Of a DNA stretch of 64,000 nt, positions 15,398 to 23,323 are shown one piece after another. The stretch is from Pseudomonadota bacterium. GTDB lineage: Bacteria; Pseudomonadota; Gammaproteobacteria; Steroidobacterales; Steroidobacteraceae. The notes beneath the pieces are model-generated. The model was not told the DNA's origin, searched no databases, and saw only the letters and a list, made by a program, of their open reading frames with translations. Every line of letters starts with the position of its first letter. The first letter of the stretch is position 1. The stretch covers positions 66,855 to 130,854 of the forward strand of contig JAFEDT010000002.1 of assembly GCA_018241445.1 (NCBI GenBank), in the 5' to 3' direction. Both the position numbers and the translations under genes were made by a program.

Positions 15398-17638
15398 ATG
15401 AGCGCGACTGATCCTGCCGGTCACGCGAGCCTTGCCGCCGCGGTGCGCGACCATCGCGCCGGACGCCTGCGCGAAGCGGTCTCGGCCTACGAGGCTCTGC
15501 TGCTCCGTACGCCCAACGATGCCGATCTGCTGCAACTGCTCGGGGTCGCGCTGGCTCAACTCGGACGTCATGCGGAAGGAGCCGTGCGCCTCGCGCGTTC
15601 ACTGGAGCTGCAACCGGGGCGCCCTGGCGTGCTGCTCAATCTCGCCCAGGCACTGCACACGCTCGGGCGGGAGCAGGAGGCGCTGCGCGCCTGCGAAAGT
15701 GCGCTCGCCCTGGATCCGTCGCTCGCGGGGGGCTACCGGACGCGCGCCGCGGTGCTCACGGCGCTCGGTCGCCGGGACGAGGCGCTTGCCAACGCCGGCC
15801 AGGCGGTGCGTCTCGCGCGCCAGGATGCCGGTGCGCACGCGGATCTCGGGGCGGCGCTGGAGGCCGTGGGGCGCGAGGGCGAAGCCCTGGAGTGCTTTGA
15901 ACGGGCCACGACCCTCGATCCGAACCTGGTCGCGGCGCATCACAACCAGGCCGTCCTGCTGGCGCGCCAGGGTCAGCACGAACGTGCGCTGCAGAGCCTC
16001 GATCGCGCGCTCGCCCTGCAACCCCACAAGGCTGCGCTGCACGGCAATCGGGGTAATGCCCTGAAAGCCCTCGGACGTCTGCCCGAAGCCGCGGAGAGTT
16101 ACTCGCTCGCGCTCGCGCTCGAACCGGGCAACCCCGCGACCCTGCACAATCGCGCCGTCGTACATGCGCTGCTGGGGAAGCACACCGAAGCGCTGCGCGA
16201 CTACGATGCCCTGGCGGCCCAAGGCCAGGAGAGTGGCGCTGACCTGATCGGCCGCGGCGCCGCACTGGTTGCGCTGCGCCGCTACGACGAGGCGCTGGCG
16301 CCGCTCGAGCGAGCCACGAAGCTGCTGCCTGGGGAGGCGGAGGCGCACATCCAGTGTGGCATGGCGCTGCTCAACGTCGAGCGCAATGCCGAGGCCGTCG
16401 AAAGCTTCGACCGCGCGCTCGCGCTCCGGCCGGACGTGCCTGAAGTGTTGAACAACCGCGGCATTGCGCTGACGGTGACGGGACGGCTGTCCGAGGCGCT
16501 CAGCAGCTTCATTCGCTCCTCGGTCCTGGATGGCAACACCGCTGACACCCATACCAACCTGGGCATTGTCCTGAAGAGTCTCGGACGTCCCCTGGAAGCG
16601 GCCACCAGCTTCGACCGCGCACTCGCGCTCAAGCCCAACGACGCTTCAGCGAGATTTGCGCTGGCGTTCCTGTACCTGTCCCTGGGTGAATTTGCCCGTG
16701 GGTGGCCGCTTTACGAAGCGCGCTTCGACGTCCCGGCACTCGGAAACCCGGCGCGCCGCTTCAACGCGCCGCGCTGGCGCGGCAGCGAGCCGCTGTCGGG
16801 CAAGACACTGCTGGTCCACGCCGAACAGGGCCTGGGTGACGTCATACAGTTCTGCCGTTACCTGCCGTTGCTCACAGCGCAGGGAGCCGTCGTCGTGTTC
16901 GAGGTGATGCCCTCGCTCGAAGCATTGCTGGCTACTTTGCCGGGTGCGATCCGCATTATCGGCCGGGGCGAACCCGCGCCCCCGATCGACTATTACTGTC
17001 CGCTGCTGAGTCTCCCACACGCTCTCAAGACCCGATTCGATACGATCCCGGCTCCGGTGCCGTACCTCGCGGCGCAGCCCGAGCGCATCGCCAGGTGGGC
17101 GCAGCGGCTGCGGGCGCTCCCGGGAATGCGCGTAGGGATCGCCTGGCAGGGTAACCTGCAGGTGGAAAAGCTCGTCTGGGCCCGCGGACGGTCGATTCCA
17201 CTGGCGGCCCTGGAGCCGCTGGCGCGGCTGCGGGGCGTCAGCCTGGTGTCGCTGCAGAAAGGGCCCGGTCTCGAGCAGCTGCGCCAGGTGCCGTTCGCCG
17301 ACCGGATCGTCGACTTGAGTTCCGAGCTCGACTCCGGAGCTGATGCGTTCCTCGACACTGCAGCCGTCATGGCGGGTCTCGACCTGGTAGTGAGCAGCGA
17401 CACCGCCATCGCGCACCTTGCCGGAGCGCTCGGTCGGCCGGTCTGGACGGCTCTCAATGCGTCACCCGAATGGCGATGGCTGCTCAAGTGCGACGACAGC
17501 CCGTGGTACCCGACCATGCGCCTGTTCCGGCAGACGACCGCCGGTGACTGGAGCGGGGTGGTAGACGAAATATCCGCTGCGCTGCAGGCGCTCGCCCCCG
17601 CGTGGCCCGTGGGCAACCGGGCTACTGAGAACGTGTGA
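15398..17638 (+). CDS. TPR-repeat protein fused to a GT9 (heptosyltransferase)-like glycosyltransferase domain
   Basis: Part of ORF 15347..17638, start MSATDPAG at 15398. About 430 aa of regular 34-aa TPR units (ALxLxPxxxxAxxNxG...) come first. The C-terminal domain has LVHAEQGLGDVIQFCRYLPLL and LVVSSDTAIAHLAGALGRPVWTAL. These parallel RLSALGDTSHVVPIVRTL and LVSPDSGPAHMATMAGTPCIGL of the GT9 enzyme at 61258-62322 in this window. Confidence 0.75.
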   Translation: MSATDPAGHASLAAAVRDHRAGRLREAVSAYEALLLRTPNDADLLQLLGVALAQLGRHAEGAVRLARSLELQPGRPGVLLNLAQALHTLGREQEALRACESALALDPSLAGGYRTRAAVLTALGRRDEALANAGQAVRLARQDAGAHADLGAALEAVGREGEALECFERATTLDPNLVAAHHNQAVLLARQGQHERALQSLDRALALQPHKAALHGNRGNALKALGRLPEAAESYSLALALEPGNPATLHNRAVVHALLGKHTEALRDYDALAAQGQESGADLIGRGAALVALRRYDEALAPLERATKLLPGEAEAHIQCGMALLNVERNAEAVESFDRALALRPDVPEVLNNRGIALTVTGRLSEALSSFIRSSVLDGNTADTHTNLGIVLKSLGRPLEAATSFDRALALKPNDASARFALAFLYLSLGEFARGWPLYEARFDVPALGNPARRFNAPRWRGSEPLSGKTLLVHAEQGLGDVIQFCRYLPLLTAQGAVVVFEVMPSLEALLATLPGAIRIIGRGEPAPPIDYYCPLLSLPHALKTRFDTIPAPVPYLAAQPERIARWAQRLRALPGMRVGIAWQGNLQVEKLVWARGRSIPLAALEPLARLRGVSLVSLQKGPGLEQLRQVPFADRIVDLSSELDSGADAFLDTAAVMAGLDLVVSSDTAIAHLAGALGRPVWTALNASPEWRWLLKCDDSPWYPTMRLFRQTTAGDWSGVVDEISAALQALAPAWPVGNRATENV

Positions 17639-18077
17639 CCCGCAGCTTGCGATGCTTTTCCCCCACCAGCCACAGGGAACTCATCGCACCGTGCTCGATG
17701 TGCACTTCCTCGCCGACCGCGAAGGACATGTTGGGCCGGGCCTCCGCGGCACGCCACACCTGCTGGTTATCCAGGGTAAATACCAACTCGCCGTAGGGAG
17801 TCTGGCTCAGCCCGGCGATCTTTGCGGTCAGTCGCTCGGCGCGCGCCGCCGGCACGGCTGCCGGATCGCGCTGGTGGCGGATCTCGGCCGTCATGCCGAT
17901 GCGGTCGGCCTCGACCTGCGGCAGGCGCTTCACGACCGCGTCAAAACAATCGAGCCGTTGCGCCGGATCGCCCTGCTGCGCACAGTGGCGGAGCGCCTTG
18001 TCGAGATCCTCGGCGGCGCAAAGAGCGGGCAGGCAGACTGCCAGCAGCAAGGCCGCGGCGGCGGCTGCGCGGGTCAT
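17622..18077 (-). CDS. Small secreted protein of unknown function (151 aa)
   Basis: C-terminal part of ORF 17622..18560, with ATG 18077 overlapping the stop of the upstream hydroxylase gene (ATGA). Signal peptide MTRAAAAAALLLAVCLPALCAAED, a Cys pair in LRHCAQQGDPAQRLDCFD, then a beta-rich C-terminal half (GELVFTLDNQQVWR...EEVHIEHGAMSSLWLV). Confidence 0.6.
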   Translation of the reverse strand: MTRAAAAAALLLAVCLPALCAAEDLDKALRHCAQQGDPAQRLDCFDAVVKRLPQVEADRIGMTAEIRHQRDPAAVPAARAERLTAKIAGLSQTPYGELVFTLDNQQVWRAAEARPNMSFAVGEEVHIEHGAMSSLWLVGEKHRKLRVTRSQ

Positions 18078-19378
18078 CGTGACCCCAACACAGGTGCATC
18101 CTCGCCGTAGTGGCGTCCGATGCCGACGGTCAGCGCGCTGACGAGATCCCGCTCCGCGGCGGTCAGCAACGGATTCCAGATATCGAAGATCAGGATGATG
18201 CGCAGCTGATCGCTGTCGTTGTGCGCCTCGTGCTCGATGGTGTCGTCGAACACCCAGGCCTGTCCCTTCTGCCAGGTACGCACGGCCGTGCCCACACGGA
18301 AGGTGCAGCCGTCCGGCACCACGAGTGGCAGGTGCACGATGGAGCGCGTGTTGGTGGTACCGGTGTGCGGCGGCAGTCGCGTGCGTGGCTTGAGCACCGA
18401 GAAAAATGCGCCGGGGGCGTAGCCGGGAATCTCGCACAGCGGCAGTTGCGCGAGCACCGCGGCCGTTCGTGGACACTTCGTAAGGTGAGCCGCAATCGGC
18501 GTTCCGTCGTGCCACAGCGGGTAGACGCTCCAGTCCATGGAGTGATTCAGCGGGGCCCACTGGTCGATCGGGGCGCCGGGCGGAAAATCCACGTAGGGCT
18601 TGAACCCGACGCCATCGCTTGCCAGGACACCCCGGGCCTCGGCGGCAATTTCGTCCGTGGCGGCTTCGAGAGTCCCGAGCCAGGGGAAGTATTCGCGGCC
18701 GAAGAATTCCAGCGCTGGCAGATAAGGGAACAGGACCTGTTTCGGCTGGCTGTAGTAGACCGGGCGCTTGCGCAGATAGAGATCCCGGCAGGCCTGGTAG
18801 CGGCTCAGGTCCGCGCCCGCGTGCCGCTCGCGCACCGTGGCCGCCTCCTGCTCCAGCAATCCTTCCAGTTCGCGCCGGCTTGCGGCGACCACGTCGCGCG
18901 CATGGTCGATCGCTCGCGCCGCCTGCTGCGGAGCCGGCGCCCCCGAGGCCATGGAATCGAGGGCTGCCTCGTAGAGAGTTACCGCCGCCCTGGATTGTCC
19001 GCGCTGCTCTGCAAGTTGACCCTTCTGCAACAGCGCTACCACATAGCGCGGCTCGATGGCCAGTGCCCGATCAAGGGCCGCGGTTTCCGACTCCGCATCC
19101 CCGAGCGCCCGACAGGCATTGGCCAGGTTGAGCCACAGGACCTTGGAACCCGCATCGATGGCACTGGCCCGCTCGAACAGCTCGCGGGCATCCCGGGGTC
19201 TGCCGGCGCGCATCATGTAGCCCGCAGCCGCATTCAACACCAGCGGTTGGCGCGGCCCGCGCTGCAAGGCCTGATTCACAAGCTTGCTGGCCAATTCGGG
19301 TGACTCGACCCGCGATACCTGTTCGATGGCGTCGGCAAGGGCACGAGCTTCGGCTTCGCCGAGCGGGCTCTGGTCCAT
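18074..19378 (-). CDS. TPR-repeat protein fused to an aspartyl/asparaginyl beta-hydroxylase-type Fe(II)/2-oxoglutarate oxygenase domain
   Basis: 434 aa. The N-terminal ~150 aa are TPR-like (LWLNLANACRALGD..ALAIEPRYVVALLQKG). The C-terminal domain has the Asp/Arg-hydroxylase signatures LKPRTRLPPHTGTTN, HLPLVVP and WVFDDTIEHEAHN. There is no signal peptide or TM segment. Confidence 0.8.
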   Translation of the reverse strand: MDQSPLGEAEARALADAIEQVSRVESPELASKLVNQALQRGPRQPLVLNAAAGYMMRAGRPRDARELFERASAIDAGSKVLWLNLANACRALGDAESETAALDRALAIEPRYVVALLQKGQLAEQRGQSRAAVTLYEAALDSMASGAPAPQQAARAIDHARDVVAASRRELEGLLEQEAATVRERHAGADLSRYQACRDLYLRKRPVYYSQPKQVLFPYLPALEFFGREYFPWLGTLEAATDEIAAEARGVLASDGVGFKPYVDFPPGAPIDQWAPLNHSMDWSVYPLWHDGTPIAAHLTKCPRTAAVLAQLPLCEIPGYAPGAFFSVLKPRTRLPPHTGTTNTRSIVHLPLVVPDGCTFRVGTAVRTWQKGQAWVFDDTIEHEAHNDSDQLRIILIFDIWNPLLTAAERDLVSALTVGIGRHYGEDAPVLGSR

Positions 19379-19548
19379 GAGTCTTTCACTCGTGGGTCTG
19401 GCTGCGGAGGTCCGCAGTGTAGCTGTTGCCGGATTCCGGCGTCAGTGGTGTGCCAGCCACGGCCTGATGGGCAGGATTGCGACGGAAGGCGCAAATTGAT
19501 CGACAAACCCCAGGGGACAAGCACCACGTCCCGTGATAGGTTCAGCGC

Positions 19549-20598
19549 ATGGCTCCCATCATGTCCGCCCGTCGCCGGGGCGCACTGGCGCCGGTGCTGA
19601 TCCTCGCCGCCCTGTGCTTGGGCGGGGCAACGGTGTGTGATGCGCGCGACCTGGCGGAGGACCGGCCGCAACAGCTCAGCAGCGAGCTGTCCGACATGCT
19701 GTCCCCGCAAGACGCGGCGCTGCTGGCGCTGCCCACCACGCGCGATCACATCGGCCGTATCGTCGTGCAGGCGATGGTCAACGGCAAAGGACCTTTCCGC
19801 TTCGTCGTGGACACCGGGGCCACCCAGTCGACCCTGTCCCCGGGGCTGGTGCGCACCCTGGGGCTGACGCCTTCGGCCACACCGTCCATTCTCGTCAATG
19901 GGATCACCGGCTCCGAGCCGGTTTCCGCGGTGTCGCTCGACACCCTGCGGGCGGGCGACCTGACCTTCGATGACGTCGTTGCGCCCATCGTGTGGGCGCC
20001 GGTGATGGCGGGCGCGGACGGGATTCTCGGTATCGCGGGGCTCAGGGAGAAGAGCCTCTCGGTCGACTTTCTGCGCAACCGTGCGGAGATCGCCCGCGCA
20101 GTGGATTCGGGTGTGCGCCAGGCTGGGCTGCGCATTCACGCCAGCCAGATGACCCACGGCCTGATGACCCTGGAGATGCGGGTCGGCGGGGTGCGCGCCC
20201 TGGCCATCATCGATACGGGAGCGGAACGCACCCTGGGCAATCACGCGCTGTACGAGGCCCTGCATCTGCACCGGCGGGCGGGCGCGGTGACCCGCGTGAC
20301 CTCAGTCTACGGCGCCACGCCGGAAATCGAACCCGGGGAGATCTGGCGGGCGCCGACGCTGGTCATCGACACGCTGCGGATCAACGACGTCGACGTGGTG
20401 TACGGAGACTTCCACATCTTCAAGGTGTGGCAGATGCAGGACCAGCCGGCGATGATCGTCGGCATGGACGTACTCGGCACGGTCGCCTCGCTCGGCATAG
20501 ACTTCAAGAACCGGGACGTGTACTTCACCAACTCGCGCAGCAGCAGCGAGACCCTGCGCTCCACCGGCAACCTGGCATCCCCGGGACAGAGGCGATAA
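19549..20598 (+). CDS. Secreted tandem retropepsin-like (clan AA) aspartic protease, two DTGA lobes in one chain
   Basis: 349 aa with signal peptide RRRGALAPVLILAALCLGGATVCDA. Lobe 1 has FRFVVDTGATQS ... DGILGIAGL. Lobe 2 has ALAIIDTGAERT ... AMIVGMDVLG. Confidence 0.75.
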   Translation: MAPIMSARRRGALAPVLILAALCLGGATVCDARDLAEDRPQQLSSELSDMLSPQDAALLALPTTRDHIGRIVVQAMVNGKGPFRFVVDTGATQSTLSPGLVRTLGLTPSATPSILVNGITGSEPVSAVSLDTLRAGDLTFDDVVAPIVWAPVMAGADGILGIAGLREKSLSVDFLRNRAEIARAVDSGVRQAGLRIHASQMTHGLMTLEMRVGGVRALAIIDTGAERTLGNHALYEALHLHRRAGAVTRVTSVYGATPEIEPGEIWRAPTLVIDTLRINDVDVVYGDFHIFKVWQMQDQPAMIVGMDVLGTVASLGIDFKNRDVYFTNSRSSSETLRSTGNLASPGQRR

Positions 20599-20634
20599 CC
20601 CTGCTGGCCGGATCCGCGCTATCCGCGCGGCAGC

Positions 20635-21840
20635 TCAACGCATGCCGTAGGCGTCGGCAACCACATCACCGATCTGTTCGCCCATGTGCCTGCCCACCTC
20701 GCCCGAGTGGCGGTAATGTACGCCCGCCCAGATGCGGGCCATGAATACCTCCTGAACCAGATCGTCGGTGCTCGCCCAGTGGTGAGTGACTCCCGGCAGG
20801 GTATTGCTGGTGGTGCTGAGGGCGATCTGCGGCTTGCCGCCATTGTCGGCGCGGATCACGGTCGCGATAACCGCGGCCAGCATGCAGTGCGCGCAGGGAT
20901 ACTCGGGCTGCATCGGTGTAGTGATCAGCGGCACCCAGTTGGCCTCGCGCTCGGTGGCGGCGTTGTTGTCCTTGTCGCCGTTGCGCAGCGCTGTGATGGG
21001 CCGCCAGAACAGGTAGTGGTACTTGGCATCGAAGGCCGCAATTTCACTGTCACTCATCGCCGCGGTCGCCGCCGCGTACAGTCGCGCGTTGCGCGTCACC
21101 TCGCGGCCCGGTGCGGTGGCTACGGAGCGGATCACTCCCACGTCGATATCCGGCAGCGCGGTAGCCCAGAACCGGGCGATGCTGGTCTGCTCCGCCGTGC
21201 GCACCGTGCTGTTGACGCCGCCCACCGTCTTGAGCTCGTTATAGTCGCGCGCCCAGACCGCCCCGGTGAGATCCGGCGGCGGACCGGGCCGCAGCTGTGC
21301 AGCACTCTTCAGGAACCAGGGCCGATGCTGCGCCAGCGACCACCCGGTGGGGATGGTCGTCGGTACGTACAGGCCCGGCGGCCCGGCAGGCCGGTACGGC
21401 TCCAGCGGCGGGATCTCACCTGCGTGTTTGGCAAGTACGTCTGCGGCGGCACGCTCCCCAACTTCCATACCGCGCTTTTTTGCCTCGCTGTCACCGATCC
21501 CCGCCAGCGCCCGCTGGTACGCGTCCTCGACGCGAGCCGCCAGGGCCGGCTCCTCGTGCAGTAATATCTTGCGGCTCGCCGCGGCCACCGCCGCGTCGAT
21601 CGAGGCGCCCTGCGCCGGGCCCAGGTCGACATGATCCCGCGGATAGCGCCGCGTAATGGCGTTGACCGCTTCGTAGACCGCGCTCTGCGCCAGAGCCATG
21701 GTACGGATGGTGTTGGCGCCGTCGTCCGCGATCTGGGTGGTCGTATCGGCCCAGTCGGCAACCACATCGGCGGTTGCCACGGACGTGGTCATAAGGAGAG
21801 CGGCAGCCGCTGCGGCCAGAGCGAGGTTCTTGGTGTGCAT
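20635..21840 (-). CDS. Secreted PAP2-superfamily protein, vanadium-dependent haloperoxidase / acid-phosphatase-like
   Basis: ORF 20635..21876, likely start MHTKNLALAAAAAALL at 21840 (signal peptide). The PAP2 motifs are KYHYLFWRP (K-x6-RP), PEYPCAH (PSGH position) and ARIWAGVHYRHS (R-x5-H). Confidence 0.65.
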   Translation of the reverse strand: MHTKNLALAAAAAALLMTTSVATADVVADWADTTTQIADDGANTIRTMALAQSAVYEAVNAITRRYPRDHVDLGPAQGASIDAAVAAASRKILLHEEPALAARVEDAYQRALAGIGDSEAKKRGMEVGERAAADVLAKHAGEIPPLEPYRPAGPPGLYVPTTIPTGWSLAQHRPWFLKSAAQLRPGPPPDLTGAVWARDYNELKTVGGVNSTVRTAEQTSIARFWATALPDIDVGVIRSVATAPGREVTRNARLYAAATAAMSDSEIAAFDAKYHYLFWRPITALRNGDKDNNAATEREANWVPLITTPMQPEYPCAHCMLAAVIATVIRADNGGKPQIALSTTSNTLPGVTHHWASTDDLVQEVFMARIWAGVHYRHSGEVGRHMGEQIGDVVADAYGMR

Positions 21841-21895
21841 GGGTTTAATGGTAAGCAAGGGGAAACAGTGCGGCAACCCGCCGGCCCGGGGCGAT

Positions 21896-23323
21896 CTACC
21901 CAGGAGGGATCACCCGGCGGCAGGAGCGCAGCCAATCCGGGGCCTTGGCCCCCGGGTTGTGCCAGCCGCAACGTCCGGTCAGCAGCTTCTCCGCCTCCGG
22001 GGGGCCCCAGCTCGCGGGGGCATATTCGATGACCGGCGGCTTCAATCCCAGCACCGGATCGACGATGGCCCACGCGGCCTCGACCTCGTCCTGGCGGGCG
22101 AAGTGCGCGGTGTCACCGATCATCGCCGAGCTGATCAGCACTTCGTAGGCGTCCATGTCGTCGCCCGGCTGCTGCGCCATGAACAGTTCGATTTCCCGGC
22201 CGGTCATCACCGGGCCCGGCTTCTTGACCGAGGCGCCCAGCGCGATCGCCACGTCCGGGCCGACGCGGAAACGCAGATAATTGGGTTCGTCGGGACCTAA
22301 GTCCCCGAACACGTTGACGGGAGGCGCCTTCAGCTCCACCACCACCTCGGTGGCGGTCACGGGGAGGGATTTTCCCGCCCGCAGGTAGAACGGCACGCCA
22401 CTCCAGCGCCACGAGTCGATCTGCAGGGCTAGGGCGGCGTAGGTCTCCACCTGCGAATCCGGTGCCACGCCGGCTTCGGCCCGGTAACCGCGGAACTGCC
22501 CGCGTACCAGCTGCGACACGGATGCCGGCCGCACCGCCTTCAGCAGCTTCACTTTCTCGTCGCGCAGCGACTCGCCCTCGCGGTTCAGGGGCGGTTCCAG
22601 CGTCAGGAGTGCCATGATCTGCAGCAGGTGGTTCTGGATCACGTCGCGGATCGCGCCGGCCTCGTCATAGAACTTGCCGCGGCCGGCGACGCCGAGCGTC
22701 TCCGCCATGGTGATCTGCACGCTGGCGACGAAGTTGCGGTTCCAGATCGGTTCCAGGAAGGAGTTGGCGAAGCGGAAGTACAGGATGTTCTGCACTGCCT
22801 CCTTCCCGAGGTAGTGGTCGATACGAAAGATCGCACTTTCGGGAAAGTGGGCATGCAGCGCGGCGTTGAGCTCCCGGGCGCTCGCCAGGTCGCGGCCGAA
22901 GGGCTTTTCCACGACCACGCGCGCGCCGCGGCCGGCGCCGGAGTTGGCGAGGTGCGCCACCACCACCGGGAACATGCTGGGCGGAATCGCCAGGTAGTGC
23001 AGCGGCCGCTGCGCCGTACCCAGCGCCTGGCGCAGTACCTTGAAGGTCGCCAGGTCGTTGTAATCGCCGTCGACGTAGCGCAGCAGACCGGTCAGCCGCG
23101 CCACCACTGCCGGGTCGGCCGCCGGCACGAAGGCTGCGAGGCTTTCGCGCACGCGGCCCGCGAGTTGTTCCAGTTTCCAACCCTGGCGCGCGACACCGAC
23201 CACCGGGACCGTCAACAGTCCGCGGCGCACCAGCTGGTACAGCGCCGGAATGATCTTGCGGTAACACAGATCGCCCGTGGCGCCGAACAGCACCAGGGCA
23301 TCGCAGTCCTGGCGTTCCATCAT
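21896..23323 (-). CDS. zwf: Glucose-6-phosphate 1-dehydrogenase
   Basis: Part of ORF 21896..23518. The start [19 protein letters not shown] at 23323 overlaps the gnd stop (ATGA). It carries the RIDHYLGKE signature and the NADP fold GATGDL. Confidence 0.95.
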   Translation of the reverse strand: MMERQDCDALVLFGATGDLCYRKIIPALYQLVRRGLLTVPVVGVARQGWKLEQLAGRVRESLAAFVPAADPAVVARLTGLLRYVDGDYNDLATFKVLRQALGTAQRPLHYLAIPPSMFPVVVAHLANSGAGRGARVVVEKPFGRDLASARELNAALHAHFPESAIFRIDHYLGKEAVQNILYFRFANSFLEPIWNRNFVASVQITMAETLGVAGRGKFYDEAGAIRDVIQNHLLQIMALLTLEPPLNREGESLRDEKVKLLKAVRPASVSQLVRGQFRGYRAEAGVAPDSQVETYAALALQIDSWRWSGVPFYLRAGKSLPVTATEVVVELKAPPVNVFGDLGPDEPNYLRFRVGPDVAIALGASVKKPGPVMTGREIELFMAQQPGDDMDAYEVLISSAMIGDTAHFARQDEVEAAWAIVDPVLGLKPPVIEYAPASWGPPEAEKLLTGRCGWHNPGAKAPDWLRSCRRVIPPG

